A stretch of 64,000 nucleotides of DNA. It comes from Mobula hypostoma (lineage: Eukaryota). The stretch covers positions 109,556,001 to 109,620,000 of the forward strand of contig NC_086108.1 in the NCBI RefSeq assembly GCF_963921235.1. Reading direction: 5' to 3'. The notes under the pieces are model-generated. The model had not been told where the DNA came from. It did no database searches and saw only the letters and a list, made by a program, of their open reading frames with translations. The position numbers were made by a program, and so were the translations under genes. Shown piece after piece: positions 37,208 to 49,759 of the stretch. The number at the start of each line of letters is the position of its first letter. The first letter of the stretch is position 1.

Positions 37208-38255
37208 TGTCACAAGGGGGTGCTGGAAACAGACTCAAGTACAAGACACAGACACTGAAGTACAAGGAACAGGACTTGACCAGAGTAAGGACGTGACAGG
37301 ATTCAGGCAAGGAGCAGGAACAAGAGCGCAGACTTGGGCTAGGGAAAGCGGGACCAGGACTAGGAACCATGGACTAGGAGACAAGGCTTGGACTCCGAGA
37401 CCAGGACTGGACAAGGACCCAGAACCTGGATCTTGCCTTGGGCTCGGACCCCAGAACCAGGCAAGGACATGACTTGGCTGCTGGCTGGGGTCTTGGGGCT
37501 TGAGGCTTGAGGCCACAGGATCCTCGAGGCTAGGGGTCTTGGGACTCAAAGACTGGGAAATAAACATCAACATAGAGCCAGGACTTATCCTAAGACAAGC
37601 CAGGACTCAACTTCTCCACACCAAGGTGGGATAGGTCCATCTGTTGGGTAACAGCAGGACAGCCAGACTTACCCCACAGAGGCAAGGACAAGACATGACC
37701 ACCCACAGGGCAACAGCAAGACAGCCTCACTTACCTCACAGAGGCAAGGACAAGAAGAGACAAACACCAAAGAACAACAGACAGTTCCATTTCTGCTCTG
37801 GGGAAGCTCCAAGTCTCAGTTCAGCCAGCAATCTCAGCTGGCTACAGAAACAGCCAGATCCCTAGCTAGCACAGAGTGGCTGGCCGCCACTCAGCTGGCC
37901 CGGGAAACAGTCAAATCCATACCACAAAGACTACTCCAACAAGTGGCAACAAGGCTCCATGAAGCAGTGGTCCTCCAACCAGGCCTAGAGATCACAAATG
38001 GTTTCACAAGCCTTCCATCAGCAGATTGCTCCAAGGAGGACAAACAAGACAAACCAGCAGCCCACATTTAATCCCAAGGCTACTTATATTCAAGCCTAAA
38101 GATGGGAATCAGGTGCCAATGATTAACTCAACCAAACAAGGGACAGCTGGAAGACCCAGAGTCCTGAGTCCACGGACCAGACCGTGAACCGGAATGCGGA
38201 CTTCACGGACCAGACCGTGAACCGGAATGCGGACTTCATGGACCAGACCATGATA
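37208..38255. mobile_element. Solo LTR nested in the Gypsy 3' UTR
   Basis: TGTCAC...ATGATA (decayed GTGACA); flanks CATTC/TATTC. Confidence 0.65.
38171..38255. repeat. 33-bp tandem repeat, about 2.6 copies
   Basis: cacggaccagaccgtgaaccggaatgcggactt twice, then a partial copy. Confidence 0.95.
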
Positions 38256-38316
38256 TATTCCAAATAAACATGCTTTCACAGTAACAGCCTTTAACTAACT
38301 TCACAGTTCTAAAGGT

Positions 38317-39171
38317 TCAGTCTTTGGGTGGTGCTCTGTTTCTTTCAGGGTAGCACCTCTGGACCTGTGGAGTGGCATCAAGTTTGGCAGGTGTCTTGTC
38401 TAAGACGATGTTCTCAGTTACGCTGCTGTCAGTGACATAATCATCACTGAGAGGTAAGTCCAGAGACTGTAATGTGCCTAGCTTGTTGGATGCAGTCGAC
38501 TCAGGTGTGTTCTTCGGTTGAGCATCCAAGATCTGGTCCACATGACGTCTCCATGTCTGATCTCCAACATCCACTGTGTATATCAGTGGTCCAGTTCTTG
38601 TAGTTATCCTACTGGATGTCCACTTGTATTCTTGGTATTCATGTGCTAGGACATCCTGTCCAAACTCGAGGTTCCTTGCTGCTTCACTTGGCAACTGGCT
38701 GAACTGTATATTCTCTACTTCCCTCCAGAGGTCTGGTTTCAGGAGGTCTGTGCAAGATATCAGATTCCTGCTCATGAACAGCGTCGCAGGTCCTAGCACG
38801 TGATGTATCGTCGCATGAACAGAGTTCCGATAGACAAAAAGGAAGTTGTCCACCTTGCGCTGTAGAGAAATGTCCTCCTTGTCCATCGTTTTCTTGAAGG
38901 TTTGGATAAACTTTACAGCTGACCCATTCAGTGCTGGGTGGCGAGGAGCTGACTTGAAATGTCTGATGCCATTTTCCTTCATGAACAGTCGGAATGCTTC
39001 TGACATGTATTGTGGTCTGTGGTCACTCACAATTTGTTCAGGTAAGTCACTTCTGGTGAAGGTAGTCTTCAGAGCAGAGACAGTCTTTGCTGATGTGGTT
39101 GACTTCATTGGCATAACCTCCAGCCGGTTCGAATGAGCATCCAAAACAATCAGAATCATGGAGTCCATCAA
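38317..39171 (-). pseudogene. Gypsy integrase core and C-terminal domain
   Basis: rve-like motifs with the catalytic Glu apparently lost (NGSAVKFIQTFK); WRRHVDQI at the C-terminus. Confidence 0.85.
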
Positions 39172-40229
39172 TGGCCCAGCAAAGTCAATATGTACTCTTT
39201 GCCACGGTGATGATGGCCACTCCCATGGGTGTAATGGTGCCTGTGGGGATGCATTTTGAGCTTTTTGGCATCAGAACAAGCTTTTGTCAAGTCTTCAATC
39301 TGTTTATCTATTCCCAGCCATCAGACATAGCTCCGGGCAAGACTCTTCATCTTGTCTGTACCCAGGTGTCCTTCATGCCCATTCTTTAACACTCTGGTGT
39401 GCATTTTAGAAGGAACCAGAACAAGAGGTCCACACATCACCGTTCTTTGGAATTTCGGAATTTGCTACCGGCAACTGGTCCACCATTGCGGTGTGGAACA
39501 CCTCTGCTGGGTCACAGAATGAAGACTTCTCTTCTTCAGTTGCCCATAGTGGAAGACCTGACAAATCGTCAGCATTGCTGTGTTGTTTGGTACCGTTGAA
39601 CTCTATGTCATAAGAGTGGGCTCCTAGAAATAGTGCCCAATGTTGTAACCAGGTAACAGTCATCACTGGAATTCCCTTCCTGGGATTGAAAAAGGTCACA
39701 AGGGGCTGGTGATCTGTCACTGGTGTAAATTTTTGTCTGCAAGGGGTAGTGGTGGGACTTCTTTATTCCCCATACTAAACAAAGGGCCTCTCGGTCAATC
39801 ATCTGTGCAACTGAGTGTTTTTGCTTATCAGTGATCCTGAAGCAAACACAATTAGGCATTCAGATCCAGCTTTCATTTTGTAATGTGTGACAAAACAGCT
39901 CTAATACCATAAGGGGACAAATTGCATGGCAATATGATGGGCAGGGATGGGTCATAATGGGTGATCAGTTCATTGGATGTTATTCGTCTCTTTGTTTTTA
40001 AATGCTTTTTCACATCTTTCTGATAATTCCCACTTTGCTCCTGTCTGTAACAGTGTGTTCAATGGATGCAGCACTGTATCGGGAGAGACCAGTGGTAGTA
40101 GTTTACAAGGATCAAGTATGGCCTGAGTTGTGACACATTTTCCAGTTTGGGTGCCTGTAGCACTGCTTCAATCTTCTCTTGGGACTTATGTGGCTTGCCT
40201 TGAAAAACACACATTTCTCTCTCTTTGGC

Positions 40230-42078
40230 ACAGACCATAAGACATAGGAGCAGAATTAGGCAATTCAGCCCATCAAGTCTGCTCCACCATTCCATCATTG
40301 CTGATCCAAGATCCCACTCAACCCCATACACCTGCCTTCTTGCCATATCCTTTGAGGCTCTGACCAACCAGGAAACTATCAAATTCCACCTTAAGTATAC
40401 CCACGAACTTCGTCTCCACCATAGTCTATGACAGAGCATTCCACAGGTTCACCATTTTCTGGCTAAAAGACATCCATCCTTACCTCAGTTCTAAAAGGTC
40501 GCCCCTCAATTTTGAGACTGTGCCCTCTAGTTCTGGATACCCCCACCAAAGGAAAGACCCTCTCCACATCCACACAATCTAGTCCTTTCAACATTCATTA
40601 TGTTTCAACGAAACCCCCCCGCATTCTTCTAAACTGCAGTAAGTACAGGCCTAGAGCTGCAAATACTCCTCATATGTTAACTCCTTCATTCCCAGAATCA
40701 TCCTGGTGAACCTCTGCTGGACTCTCTCCAATGACAGCACATCCTTTCTGAGATATGGGGCTCAAAACTGCTGACAATACTCCAAGTGTGGCCTGACTGG
40801 TGTCTTATAAAGCTTCATCATTATCTCCTTGCTTTTATATTCTATTCCCCTTGAAATAAATCCTAACATTGTATTTCCCTTCTTTACCACAGACTCGATC
40901 TGTAAATTAACCTTCTGGGAGTCTTGCATGAGGACTCCTAAATCCTCCTCCACCTCTGATGTTTGAACCTTCTCCTCATTTAGATAATAGTCTGCACTAT
41001 TGTTCTCTAAGGACTAAGGCACCGGTGACCCCTGTTTCCATCCAGGGGGTCAGTGTGGACATGGTGGAGGATTACAAATACCTGGGGATACGAATTGACA
41101 ATAAACTGGACTGATCAAAGAACACTGAGGCTGTCTACAAGGAGGGTCAGAGCTGTCTCTATTTCCTGAGGAGACTGAGGTCCTTTAACATCTGCCGGAC
41201 GATGCTGAGGATGTTCTACGAGTCTGTGGTGGCCAGTGCCATCATGTTTGCAGTTGTGTGCTGGGGCAGCAGGCTGAGGGTGGCAGACACCAACGGAATC
41301 AACAAACTCATTCGTAAGGCCAGTGATGTTGTGGGGATGGAACTGGACTCTCTGATGGTGGTGTCTGAAAAGAGGATGCTGTCCAAGTTGCATGCCATCT
41401 TGGACAATGTCTCCCATCCACTACATAATGTACTGGGTGGACACAAGAGTACATTCAGCCAGAGACTCATTCCACCGAGATGCAACACAGAGCGTCATAG
41501 AAAGTCATTCCTGCCTGTGGCCATCAAACTTTACAACTCCTCCCTTAGAGGGTCAGACACCCTGAGCCAATAGGCTGGTCCTGGACTTATTTCCTGGCAT
41601 AATTTACATATTACTATTTAACTATTTATGGTTTTAATACTATTTAATTATTTATGGTGCAACTGTAACGAAAACTAATTTCCCTCGGGATCAATAAAGT
41701 ATGACTATGACTATGACTATGACTATTTACAAAATACATTATCATACATTTCCCAATACTGTATTCCATCTGCCATGTTTGTGCCCATTCTTCCAATTTG
41801 TCTGTCCTGCTGCAATTGCATTGCTTCCTCAGCACTACCTATGCCTCTATCTTCATTTCACCAACAAACTTGCCACAAAGCCATTAATTCCATTATCCAA
41901 TTCATTGACAACCAATGAGAAGAGTAGCAATCCTAATACTGACCCCTGAGAAACACCATTAGTCACTGACAGCCAACCAGAAAAGACCCCCTTTATTCCC
42001 ACTCACTATCTCCTGCCTGTCAGCCATTCCGCTATCCGTGCTAATATCTTTCCTGTAACACCATAGGATTTTATCTTC
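40230..42078 (-). mobile_element. CR1 LINE fragment, interrupted at 41008-41725
   Basis: DLGVL..VVKK.N.MLGFI.RGIEYKS..VRPHLEYC; GVSQGSVLG at ~41930-41960. Confidence 0.85.
41008..41725 (+). mobile_element. Rex-like LINE 3' portion
   Basis: YKYLG..DNKL.W, MFYESVVASAIMFAVVCWG, PRCNTERHRKSFLPVAIKLYNSS; AATAAA and (ATGACT)n tail. Confidence 0.9.
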
Positions 42079-42314
42079 AGCCTTCTATTTTCGCAATGGA
42101 GAACTTGATCGTCTATGATTTGTTGGTATGTTCTTTTAGCTCATATGAATTATACCTGTGTTTGGATATTCTTATTGGTTTTGTATATCTTTTGTAATTC
42201 AAAAATGTTTTACTGTATAAATCAGAAATCCTCTGTGAGTGTTAAATGTATATTCTGAACTTTGTCTAACTAATTTTAGGTTTTATTACTGGACAGTTAA
42301 CATACAACATCTTA

Positions 42315-42452
42315 CGTATCTAATATTTATGGTATGTTACTGGAGATGAGGAATGTTCCTTTAGACAAAATTAAGAATCTCTGGGAACAAGACTTACAGA
42401 CATCAATATCTGAGGAAACTTGGAATGAAATTTTTAAACTGGTTAATACGTC
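42315..42452 (+). mobile_element. L1-clade ORF2 fragment
   Basis: SNIYGMLLEMRNVPLDKIKNLWEQDLQTSISEETWNEIFKLVNTS, similar to the WE.ELDLTISADDW region near 28750. Confidence 0.6.
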
Positions 42453-42951
42453 TAAATTTAAATCTGTCATTATAAATAAATAAACTGTATTTAACCTACT
42501 CTGTTAGCTGCGGGTTTCTCCTCCTTGGTACCTTTTGGCAGCTAGACCTTGCTGCAGAGACTAGACAGGGAAGTAAGTTAATCCTCGACGTGTAGGTGGA
42601 TGCAGTATCACCTTCCTATTGTGAGGGCACTGTTGTTACCTATATCAGATCGGGAGTTAAAATCTTCTAAACTTGGGACTTTGCTGTCAGGGAACCCAAC
42701 TCCATCACGTCAGAATCTTCACGGTTTGGTATGGATACTCAATCAGACAGGGTTTTCCATACATAAAAACAGGAATTGTTGGGATGGGAAACAGTTTCTT
42801 CCTCAGGCCATCAGACTCCTGAACTCCCTGCTGCATCGCTTTCGAAGTGTCACCACCTAATCTGTTTTGTACCTTACAAGATTGAATTTATGCATTTTAC
42901 TTTTTTACTTCAGCCTAATTCATCTGTCGATTTTATCCTTACCTTCCTAAT

Positions 42952-43486
42952 TGTAACCCTTCGGTTCTGTCGCCACGTAAGCCTACAGAAGACAATCTCT
43001 GGCCCTGCCAAACGTGTGTAATTGAAGTGCAAAACCCCCTGTTTGAGTGGATGCTGCGTGATTTACAAATCAGTACAACAAAATAACAGACAGCACACCA
43101 TATGTAATTAAGCGATTTAGCTTTATAATTCTTAATTTGACTAAAGGGTTAGTAAAGTAAAACAAAAAGAAAAGGGCCCATTTTAATGAAACAGTCATGC
43201 GGTTTCCCTTCGGCTGGTTCTTCATCGATTTCCCCGGGCTTCGTCAACTCCCGGCTCCGCTCCTTCTGGGTGTCTACGACCTCTCCTTTCGGGCGTCTTC
43301 TCTCTCCATCTCCCACCAAACCAACAACCCCAGATCACCTCGGTGTTGGGCACAGGGCACAAAAACACTCTCCTCTCATTGGATGGCTCACATTCCAAAG
43401 CACTCGTTAACTCTAACCATAACCCAAACACTGCTTTTACAGAAAAACCATTATATTAGCAGTGAAACCTTTCCCAGCGTGTTACA
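42952..43486. mobile_element. Solo LTR inserted in a Rex-like 3' UTR
   Basis: Inverted termini TGTAAC...GTTACA; flanks TAAT/TAAG. Confidence 0.7.
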
Positions 43487-43621
43487 TAAGTAACTGTGTG
43501 TTATGTGTCCTGCGTACGACTGTGTTTTACACCCTGGTCCGGAGAAACGTTGTCTGGGTTGACGCTGTACATGTAAACAGTTAAATGACAATAAACTTAA
43601 TTTGACTTGGCTTGACTTGAC

Positions 43622-44020
43622 AAGAGTCTTGATGAAGGGTCTCAAACTGAAATATCAACTGTTCATTTCCCTCTATAGATGCTGCCTTACCTGCTGAGTT
43701 CCTCAGCATTTTGAGTTTGTAGCCCACAATATGAACGTAGAACAGGAGAGCATAATACAGGCCCTTTGGCCCACAGTGTTGTGCCAACCTTTTAAGCTAC
43801 TCTAAGATAAAACTAATACTTCCCTCCCACATAGCCCTCAGAGGTCCTTCGAAGTTGCCGTGCATGTTGATAGAGCTAGCATCCTGACCCTTCATCAGTC
43901 ATCAGCCCAAAATGTCAGCTGTTTATTTCTCTAGTTAGATGCTCCCTGATCGGCTGAGTTCCTCCAGCATTTTGTGTGTTTGTCTCTGGATTTCCAGCAT
44001 CTGCAGAAAGTTTCTTGTTT
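43622..44020 (+). mobile_element. Two decayed Penelope termini with a CR1 tail between them
   Basis: gagtcttgatgaagggtctcaaactgaaatatcaact..gatgctgcc (43624-43715) and ..gagttcctccagcattttgtgtg..ccagcatctgcag (43880-44020). Confidence 0.65.
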
Positions 44021-44054
44021 ATATTCAGGACTGAGATTGTGCAAATTTAGAATT

Positions 44055-46110
44055 TAGAAAACTTACAGCACAATACAGGCCCTTCAGCCCACAAAGTTGT
44101 GCCGAACATGTCCCTACCTTAGAAATTACTAGGCTTACCCATAGTTTTCTATTTCTCTAAGCTCCATGTATCCATCCAAAAGTCTCTTAAAAGACCCTAT
44201 CGTACCCGCCTCCACCACCGTTGCCGGCAGCCCATTCCACGCACTCATCACTCTTCGTGTAAAAAACTTACCCTCGACATCTCCTCTGTACCTACTCCCC
44301 AGCACCTTAAACGCGTGTCCTTTTGCGGCAGCCATCTCAGCCCTGGGAAAAAGCCTCCGACTATCCACACGATCAATGCCTCTCATCACCTTATACACCT
44401 CTATCAGGTCACCTCTCAACTTCTGTCGCTCCAAAGAGAAAAGGCCAAGTTCACTCAACCTGTTCTCATAAGGCATGCTCCCCAATCCAGGCAACATCCT
44501 TGTAAATCTTCTCTGCACCTTTTCTATGGTTTCCAAATCCTTCCTGTAGTGAGGTGACCAGAACTGAGCACCTTACTCCAAGTGGGGTCTGACCAGGGTC
44601 CTATATAGTGGCAACATTACCTCTCAGCACCTAAATTCAATTCCACGATTGATGAAGGCCAATACACCGTATGCATTCTTAACCACAGAGTCAACCTGCG
44701 TAGCTGCTTTGAACATCCTATGGACTCGGACCCCAAGATCCCTCTGATCCTCCACACTGCCAAGAGTCTTAACATTAATACTATATTCTGCCATCATACT
44801 TGACCTACCAAAATGAACCACCTCACAGTTATCTGGGTTGAACTCCATCTGCCACTTCTCAGCCCAGTTTTGCATCCTATCAATGTCCCGCTGTAACCTC
44901 TGACAGCCCTCCACACTATCCACAACACCCCTAACCATTGTGTCATCAGCAAATTTACTAACCCATCGCTCCACTTCCTCAACCAAGTCATTTATAAAAA
45001 TCACAAAGAGTAAGGGTCCCAGAACAGATCCCTGAGGCACACCTCTGGTCACCAACCTCCATGCAGAATATAACCCATCTACAACCACTCTTTGCCTTCT
45101 GTGGGCAAGCCAGTTCTGGATCCACAAAGCAATGTCCCCTTGGATCCCATGCCTCCTTACTCTCTCAATAAGCCTTGCATGGGGTACCTTATCAAATGCC
45201 TTGCTGAAATCCATATACACTACATCTACTGCTCTTCCTTCATCAATGTGTTTAGTCACAACCTCAAAAAATTCAATCAGGCTCGTAAGGCACGACCTAC
45301 CTTTGACAAAGCCATGCTGACTATTCCTAATCATATTATACCTCTCCAAATGTTCATAAATCCTGCCTCTCTGGATCTCCTCCATCAACTTACCAACCAC
45401 TGAAGTGAAACTCACTGGTCTATAATTTCCTGGGCTATCTCTGCTCCCTTTCTTGAATAAGGGAACAACATCCGCAACCCTCCAATCCACCGGAACCTCT
45501 CCCATCCCCATTGATGATTCAAAGATCATCATCAGAGGCTCAGCAATCTCCTCCCTTGCTTCCCACAGTTGCCTGGGGTACATCTCATCCGGTCCCGGTG
45601 ACTTATCCAACTTGATGCTTTCCAAAAGCTCCAGCACATCCACTTTCTTAATATCTCCATGCTCAAGCTTTTCAGTTTGCTGCAAGTCATCGCTACAATC
45701 ACCAAGATCCTTTTCCGTAGTGAATACCGAATTAAAGTATTCATTAAGTACCTCTGCTATTTCCTCCGGTTCCATACACACTTTCCCACTATCACACTTG
45801 ATAGGTCCTATTGTTTCACGTCGTATCCTCTTCTCTTCACATACTTGTAGAATGCCTTGGGGTTTTCCTTAATCCTGCCCACCAAGGCCTTCTCATGGCC
45901 CCTTCTGGCTCTCCTAATTGCCTTCTTAAGCTCCGTCCTGTTAGCCTTATAATCTTCTCTATCTGTAACATCACCTAGCTCTCTGAACCTTTCATAAGCT
46001 TTTCTTTTCTCCTTGACTAGATTACTACAGCCTTTGTGCACCATGGTTCCTGTACCCTACCATAACTTCCCTGCCTCATTGGAACGTACCTATGCAGAAC
46101 TCCACACAAA
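44055..46110 (-). mobile_element. CR1 LINE, 5'-truncated; same subfamily as 34660-36431
   Basis: ORF 44624-45781 has [33 protein letters not shown] and FADD; ORF 44135-44536 is the C-terminus. Confidence 0.95.
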
Positions 46111-46384
46111 TGTTCAGATATTAAGGCAATCAGAATCAAAATCAGGTTTATTTTCAAAACCAGTGCATGTTATGAAATTTGTTGTTTTGCAGGATTGAAG
46201 AGAGACGTGATTTATTTTATTTATTATTTTTTGAGATACAGCTCAGAACAGGCCCTTCTGACTCAATGAGCTGCACCACCTGCCACCCACCGATTTAACC
46301 CTATCCTAACCTTAGGACAACTTACAATGACCAATTAACGTACTAACCGATACGTCTTTTGACTGCGGGAGGAGACTGTGATGC

Positions 46385-46778
46385 ATGGGAACTGAATGAG
46401 AGATCTTATAGAAACATACAAAATTTTGAAAGGGGTAGATAAGATAGAAGTAGGAAAGTTGTTTCCATTGGTAAGTGAGACTAGAACTAGGGGACATTGC
46501 CTCAAGTTTCGGGGAGAAGATTTAGGACGGAGATCTGGAGAAACTGTTTTTCCCAGACAGTGGTGAACCTGTGGAATTCTCTGCCCAGGGAAGCAGTTGA
46601 GGCTTCTTCACTAAATATATTGAAGATACAGTTAGATATGTTTTTACATAGTAAGGGAATTGAGGGTTATGGAGAAAAGGCAGGTAGATGGAGCTGAGTT
46701 TACGGACAGATCAGCCATGATCTTATTGAATGGTGGGGCAGGCTCGATAGGCCCGATGGCCTACTCCTGCTCCTATAT
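46385..46778 (+). mobile_element. CR1 3' fragment nested in a minus-strand V-SINE (46235-46830)
   Basis: DLIETYKILKG.DK..TRGH; SINE sequence on both flanks. Confidence 0.75.
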
Positions 46779-47451
46779 TCACCGGTAGGAAACCCACATG
46801 CAGACGGGAAGAACATACAATCTTACCGGTGTTGTGACTGTGAACAAAGTCACCGGAGAGACACTGACACTGGTGTTTATTCATCATTCAAGACATTCTT
46901 GGAAGAAAAGGCCTGCCTGACCTAATATTACATGATGTTGTTATGTGCTAAAGATCAAAGGACAATTCTGTATCTACAATGCTCCTTTGAATTACATATA
47001 ACTTTCAAACACCCCCTTCTTCACACCCACACTACAGACACTCAAAATGGATGTCAAATCAACACTGTCTCTCTGCTGCATTCATGCGAAGGCAGACATC
47101 AAGTGACTGGGTGTTTCCTGGTTTGCGATCAACCCCAGTCTGCAGCTCTACAAAAATTATTGCTCAGAGCTGACTTTTAAATTCAATCTACAATCCATTT
47201 TAATTCTGAGGATTGGTTGTTGCTGAAATTAATATTTGCTATATACCCTAACTCCAGAATAAACCCTAACACCGGAATTGAACTCCAAACTCTGATGCCC
47301 CAAGCTGTAATAGCGTCGCACTAACCACTATGCAACCATTAATGACACCGGGGTAACAGACCTGCCGGGCTTTTACTGAATGGCAGACATAAGGGGCCAA
47401 AAGATACCCTTTTGCTTCTATATATCTTTTATGTTCTTAATGCAAGCTTGA

Positions 47452-48043
47452 AGAACATAAAAAAAAGACCCAGCCTTCTACCTTCGCAGCCTGAGACGCA
47501 TCCTGGACATCACGTGGACTGACCAAGTCACCAACGAGGTCCTGGCCCACACCCAGATACCCAGCCTCTTCACCCTGCTCCAACAACGCCATCTCTGCTG
47601 GCTGGGCCACGTACACCACATGTCAGACGGGAGGATCCCGAAAGACCTGCTGTATGGGGAACTGGCCTCCGGCAAGAGAGCACAAGGGTGGCCCCATCTT
47701 CGTTTCAAAGACGTTTGCAAGAGAGACATGAAGTCGCTGAAAATGAACGTCGAGAGGTGGGAGGACATCATAAGCGATCACTCTCACTGGAGGCTGGAAC
47801 TACGCAGAGGTCTAAAAAGAGGAGAAGAGAAGCTGAGGCTTGCTGCTGAAGAAAAGCGCACTCGTCGGAAAAACAGCACCAAGACAACACTGGAGGACAG
47901 TGCCTTCAAGTGCAGTTGCTGCAGCCGAGACTGTCACTCCCGTGTGGGCCTCTACAGCCACAACAGACGCTGCTCTAACACAGACTGAAGCAAGACTTTC
48001 CAGGTGCAGATCCATGGTCTCGCAAGGCTAATGGATGCCACCA
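47452..48043 (+). mobile_element. RTE-clade LINE 3' end with 14-bp TSD
   Basis: WLGHV..MSDGRIPKDLLYGEL..LRFKD and a C-terminal C..C.RDCHSRVGLYSH zinc motif; TSD TAATGCAAGCTTGA (47438-47451/48044-48057). Confidence 0.9.
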
Positions 48044-48261
48044 TAATGCAAGCTTGAGTTGTGTCACAGCAGCTGGAGCTTAGACATTCAATTGAGTTAA
48101 TAAATCTGGGATTTAAAATAGTAACAGGTCGTGATAATGATATAATTACGAATGCATGCTCAGATCTCTTTCCAGTCACGTTCTGACACGTCATATCACC
48201 ACATCTTCCTTTCCTTAAAAAGAAAAACAATTAGCAACATTGACCGAAGCAAATGCATAAT

Positions 48262-49640
48262 TTAACATGTCTCTATCAGTCTCTCTGGCGGATTACAAAC
48301 AGGAGTAGACCTTCTAAGTGGTTTGCACAGTTCTTGTGTTTCGTTGTTATTTCCATGTTTTGTCTGGTCTGCATCAGTTAACTGAAACTCTGAAGTTGTT
48401 TCTTTCTTGAGGTCTTTGCGATTTCTTCTTAACACTGTTCCTTCTTCTGTTTGGACCATGTATGATCTGGGTTGTACCCCTTCAAGTACTGGAGCTTTCT
48501 GTGTCCATGTGTTCATTTTGTCTTTTATCCTTAATTCGTCTCCTTGATGCAGTTCAGGTAATGGACGAGAACATCTGTCAAAGTATGTGTTCTGCTTTGC
48601 TTTGAGTTCGTCTTTCCATCTCTTCACTTGTTCACCTTCCTCTGTTCTCAGAAGGCTCATCTATCGGTAGATTGGATCTCAAATGGCATCCCATCAAGAG
48701 CTGAACAGACGAAAATCCACATTCAAGTGGAGTACTACGATAGGCTAACAAAGCTTTATAAAAATCGCCTCCACTATCTTTTGCTTTGTGCATCGGTTTC
48801 TTGAAAGTTCCTACCAACTTCTCAACAAATCCATTGGACTGAGGGGAAAATGGACTAGATGTTGTATGAACAAAGCCCCATTCATGAGCAAAATGTCTCA
48901 TGAATTCACCATTGAATTGTGGACCATTGTTTGTGAAAACTTCATCAGGTACACCGTGTCTGGAAAAAACTGATTTCATGCATGTAATTACATTCTCTGC
49001 AGTTGTTCTGTTCAGACCACACACTGCAAGCAGGCTTTTTCCACTGAGGCAAGGGGAGAAAAAAACCAGAGGACATGGGTTTAGGGTGAGGGGAGAAAAG
49101 TTTAAAGGGAACATTAGGGGGGGTTTCTTCACACAGAGAGTGGTGGGAGTATGGAATGAGCTGCCAGACGAGGTAGTAAATGTGGGTTCTTTTTTAACAT
49201 TTAAGAATAAATTGGACAGATACATGGATGGGAGGTGTATGGAGGGATATGGTCCGTGTGCAGGTCGGTGGGACTAGGCAGAAAATGGTTCAGCACAGCC
49301 AAGAAGGGCCAAAGGACCTGTTTCTGTGCTGTAGTTTCTATGGTTCTATGGTTCTATGGTTCAGGACACAATGAGTAGTAATCTGTTATTAATAGATAAT
49401 CTTTGATGTCAGTTATAAAACGATCAATGCCTACCTTCTGATAAGGTCTCTGAGGACTAGGATGTGGATGCAGTGGCTCCTTAGGTTTGCTAGGTTGTTA
49501 TTTAAGGCATATTTGCCAAAAAGACACCAATTCTGCAATTTCCTGATTCATCCTGGGCCAAAACATCACTTCCTGCACCCTTCTCTTACATTTTTCAATA
49601 CCTAGGTGGCCTTCATGAATTTTCCCAAGCATCTCTTTTC
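48262..49640 (-). pseudogene. Gypsy integrase (HHCC, core, C-terminal), split by CR1
   Basis: IHEGHLGIEKC, DYYS, FSRHGVPDEVFTNNGPQF, SSP.SPQSNG..EK, LRRNR. Confidence 0.9.
49025..49360 (+). mobile_element. CR1 3' end inserted in the Gypsy integrase
   Basis: ASRLFPLRQGEKKTRGH.. and a (TTCTATGG)n tail; removing it restores YSLCPEVCGL. Confidence 0.9.
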
Positions 49641-49759
49641 AGAGACTTTTTGGAATCACAATTTTGCTACCTTTGTACAATATCCCATCCACAACAGAAA
49701 GTTCTGATCTGTGGTTCCAATATTCTTGTACTTCTGAGGTACAATCATGCTTATTATCT

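Larger units (their letters stand above)
36905..40225 (-). mobile_element. Gypsy provirus, 3' half (RT remnant, RNase H, integrase, PPT, 3' LTR)
   Basis: Integrase ORF 38317-39171 (LIVLDAHS..LPEQIVSD..SAPRHPALNG), TDHQPL, IDREALCLVWGIKK; PPT AAAGGGGGAGAAG (37138-37150) abuts the LTR start TGTAATG (37137). Distal LTR end uncertain. Confidence 0.85.

Noticed and set aside
37080..37865. Pro/Ser-rich ORFs
   Set aside because: Low-complexity internal repeats of a solo LTR.
38171..38255. 33-bp repeats as CRISPR-like
   Set aside because: Head-to-tail copies without spacers, at the end of an LTR.
48632..49225. 197-aa ORF as a novel integrase fusion protein
   Set aside because: Chance read-through from antisense CR1 sequence into the interrupted Gypsy integrase.
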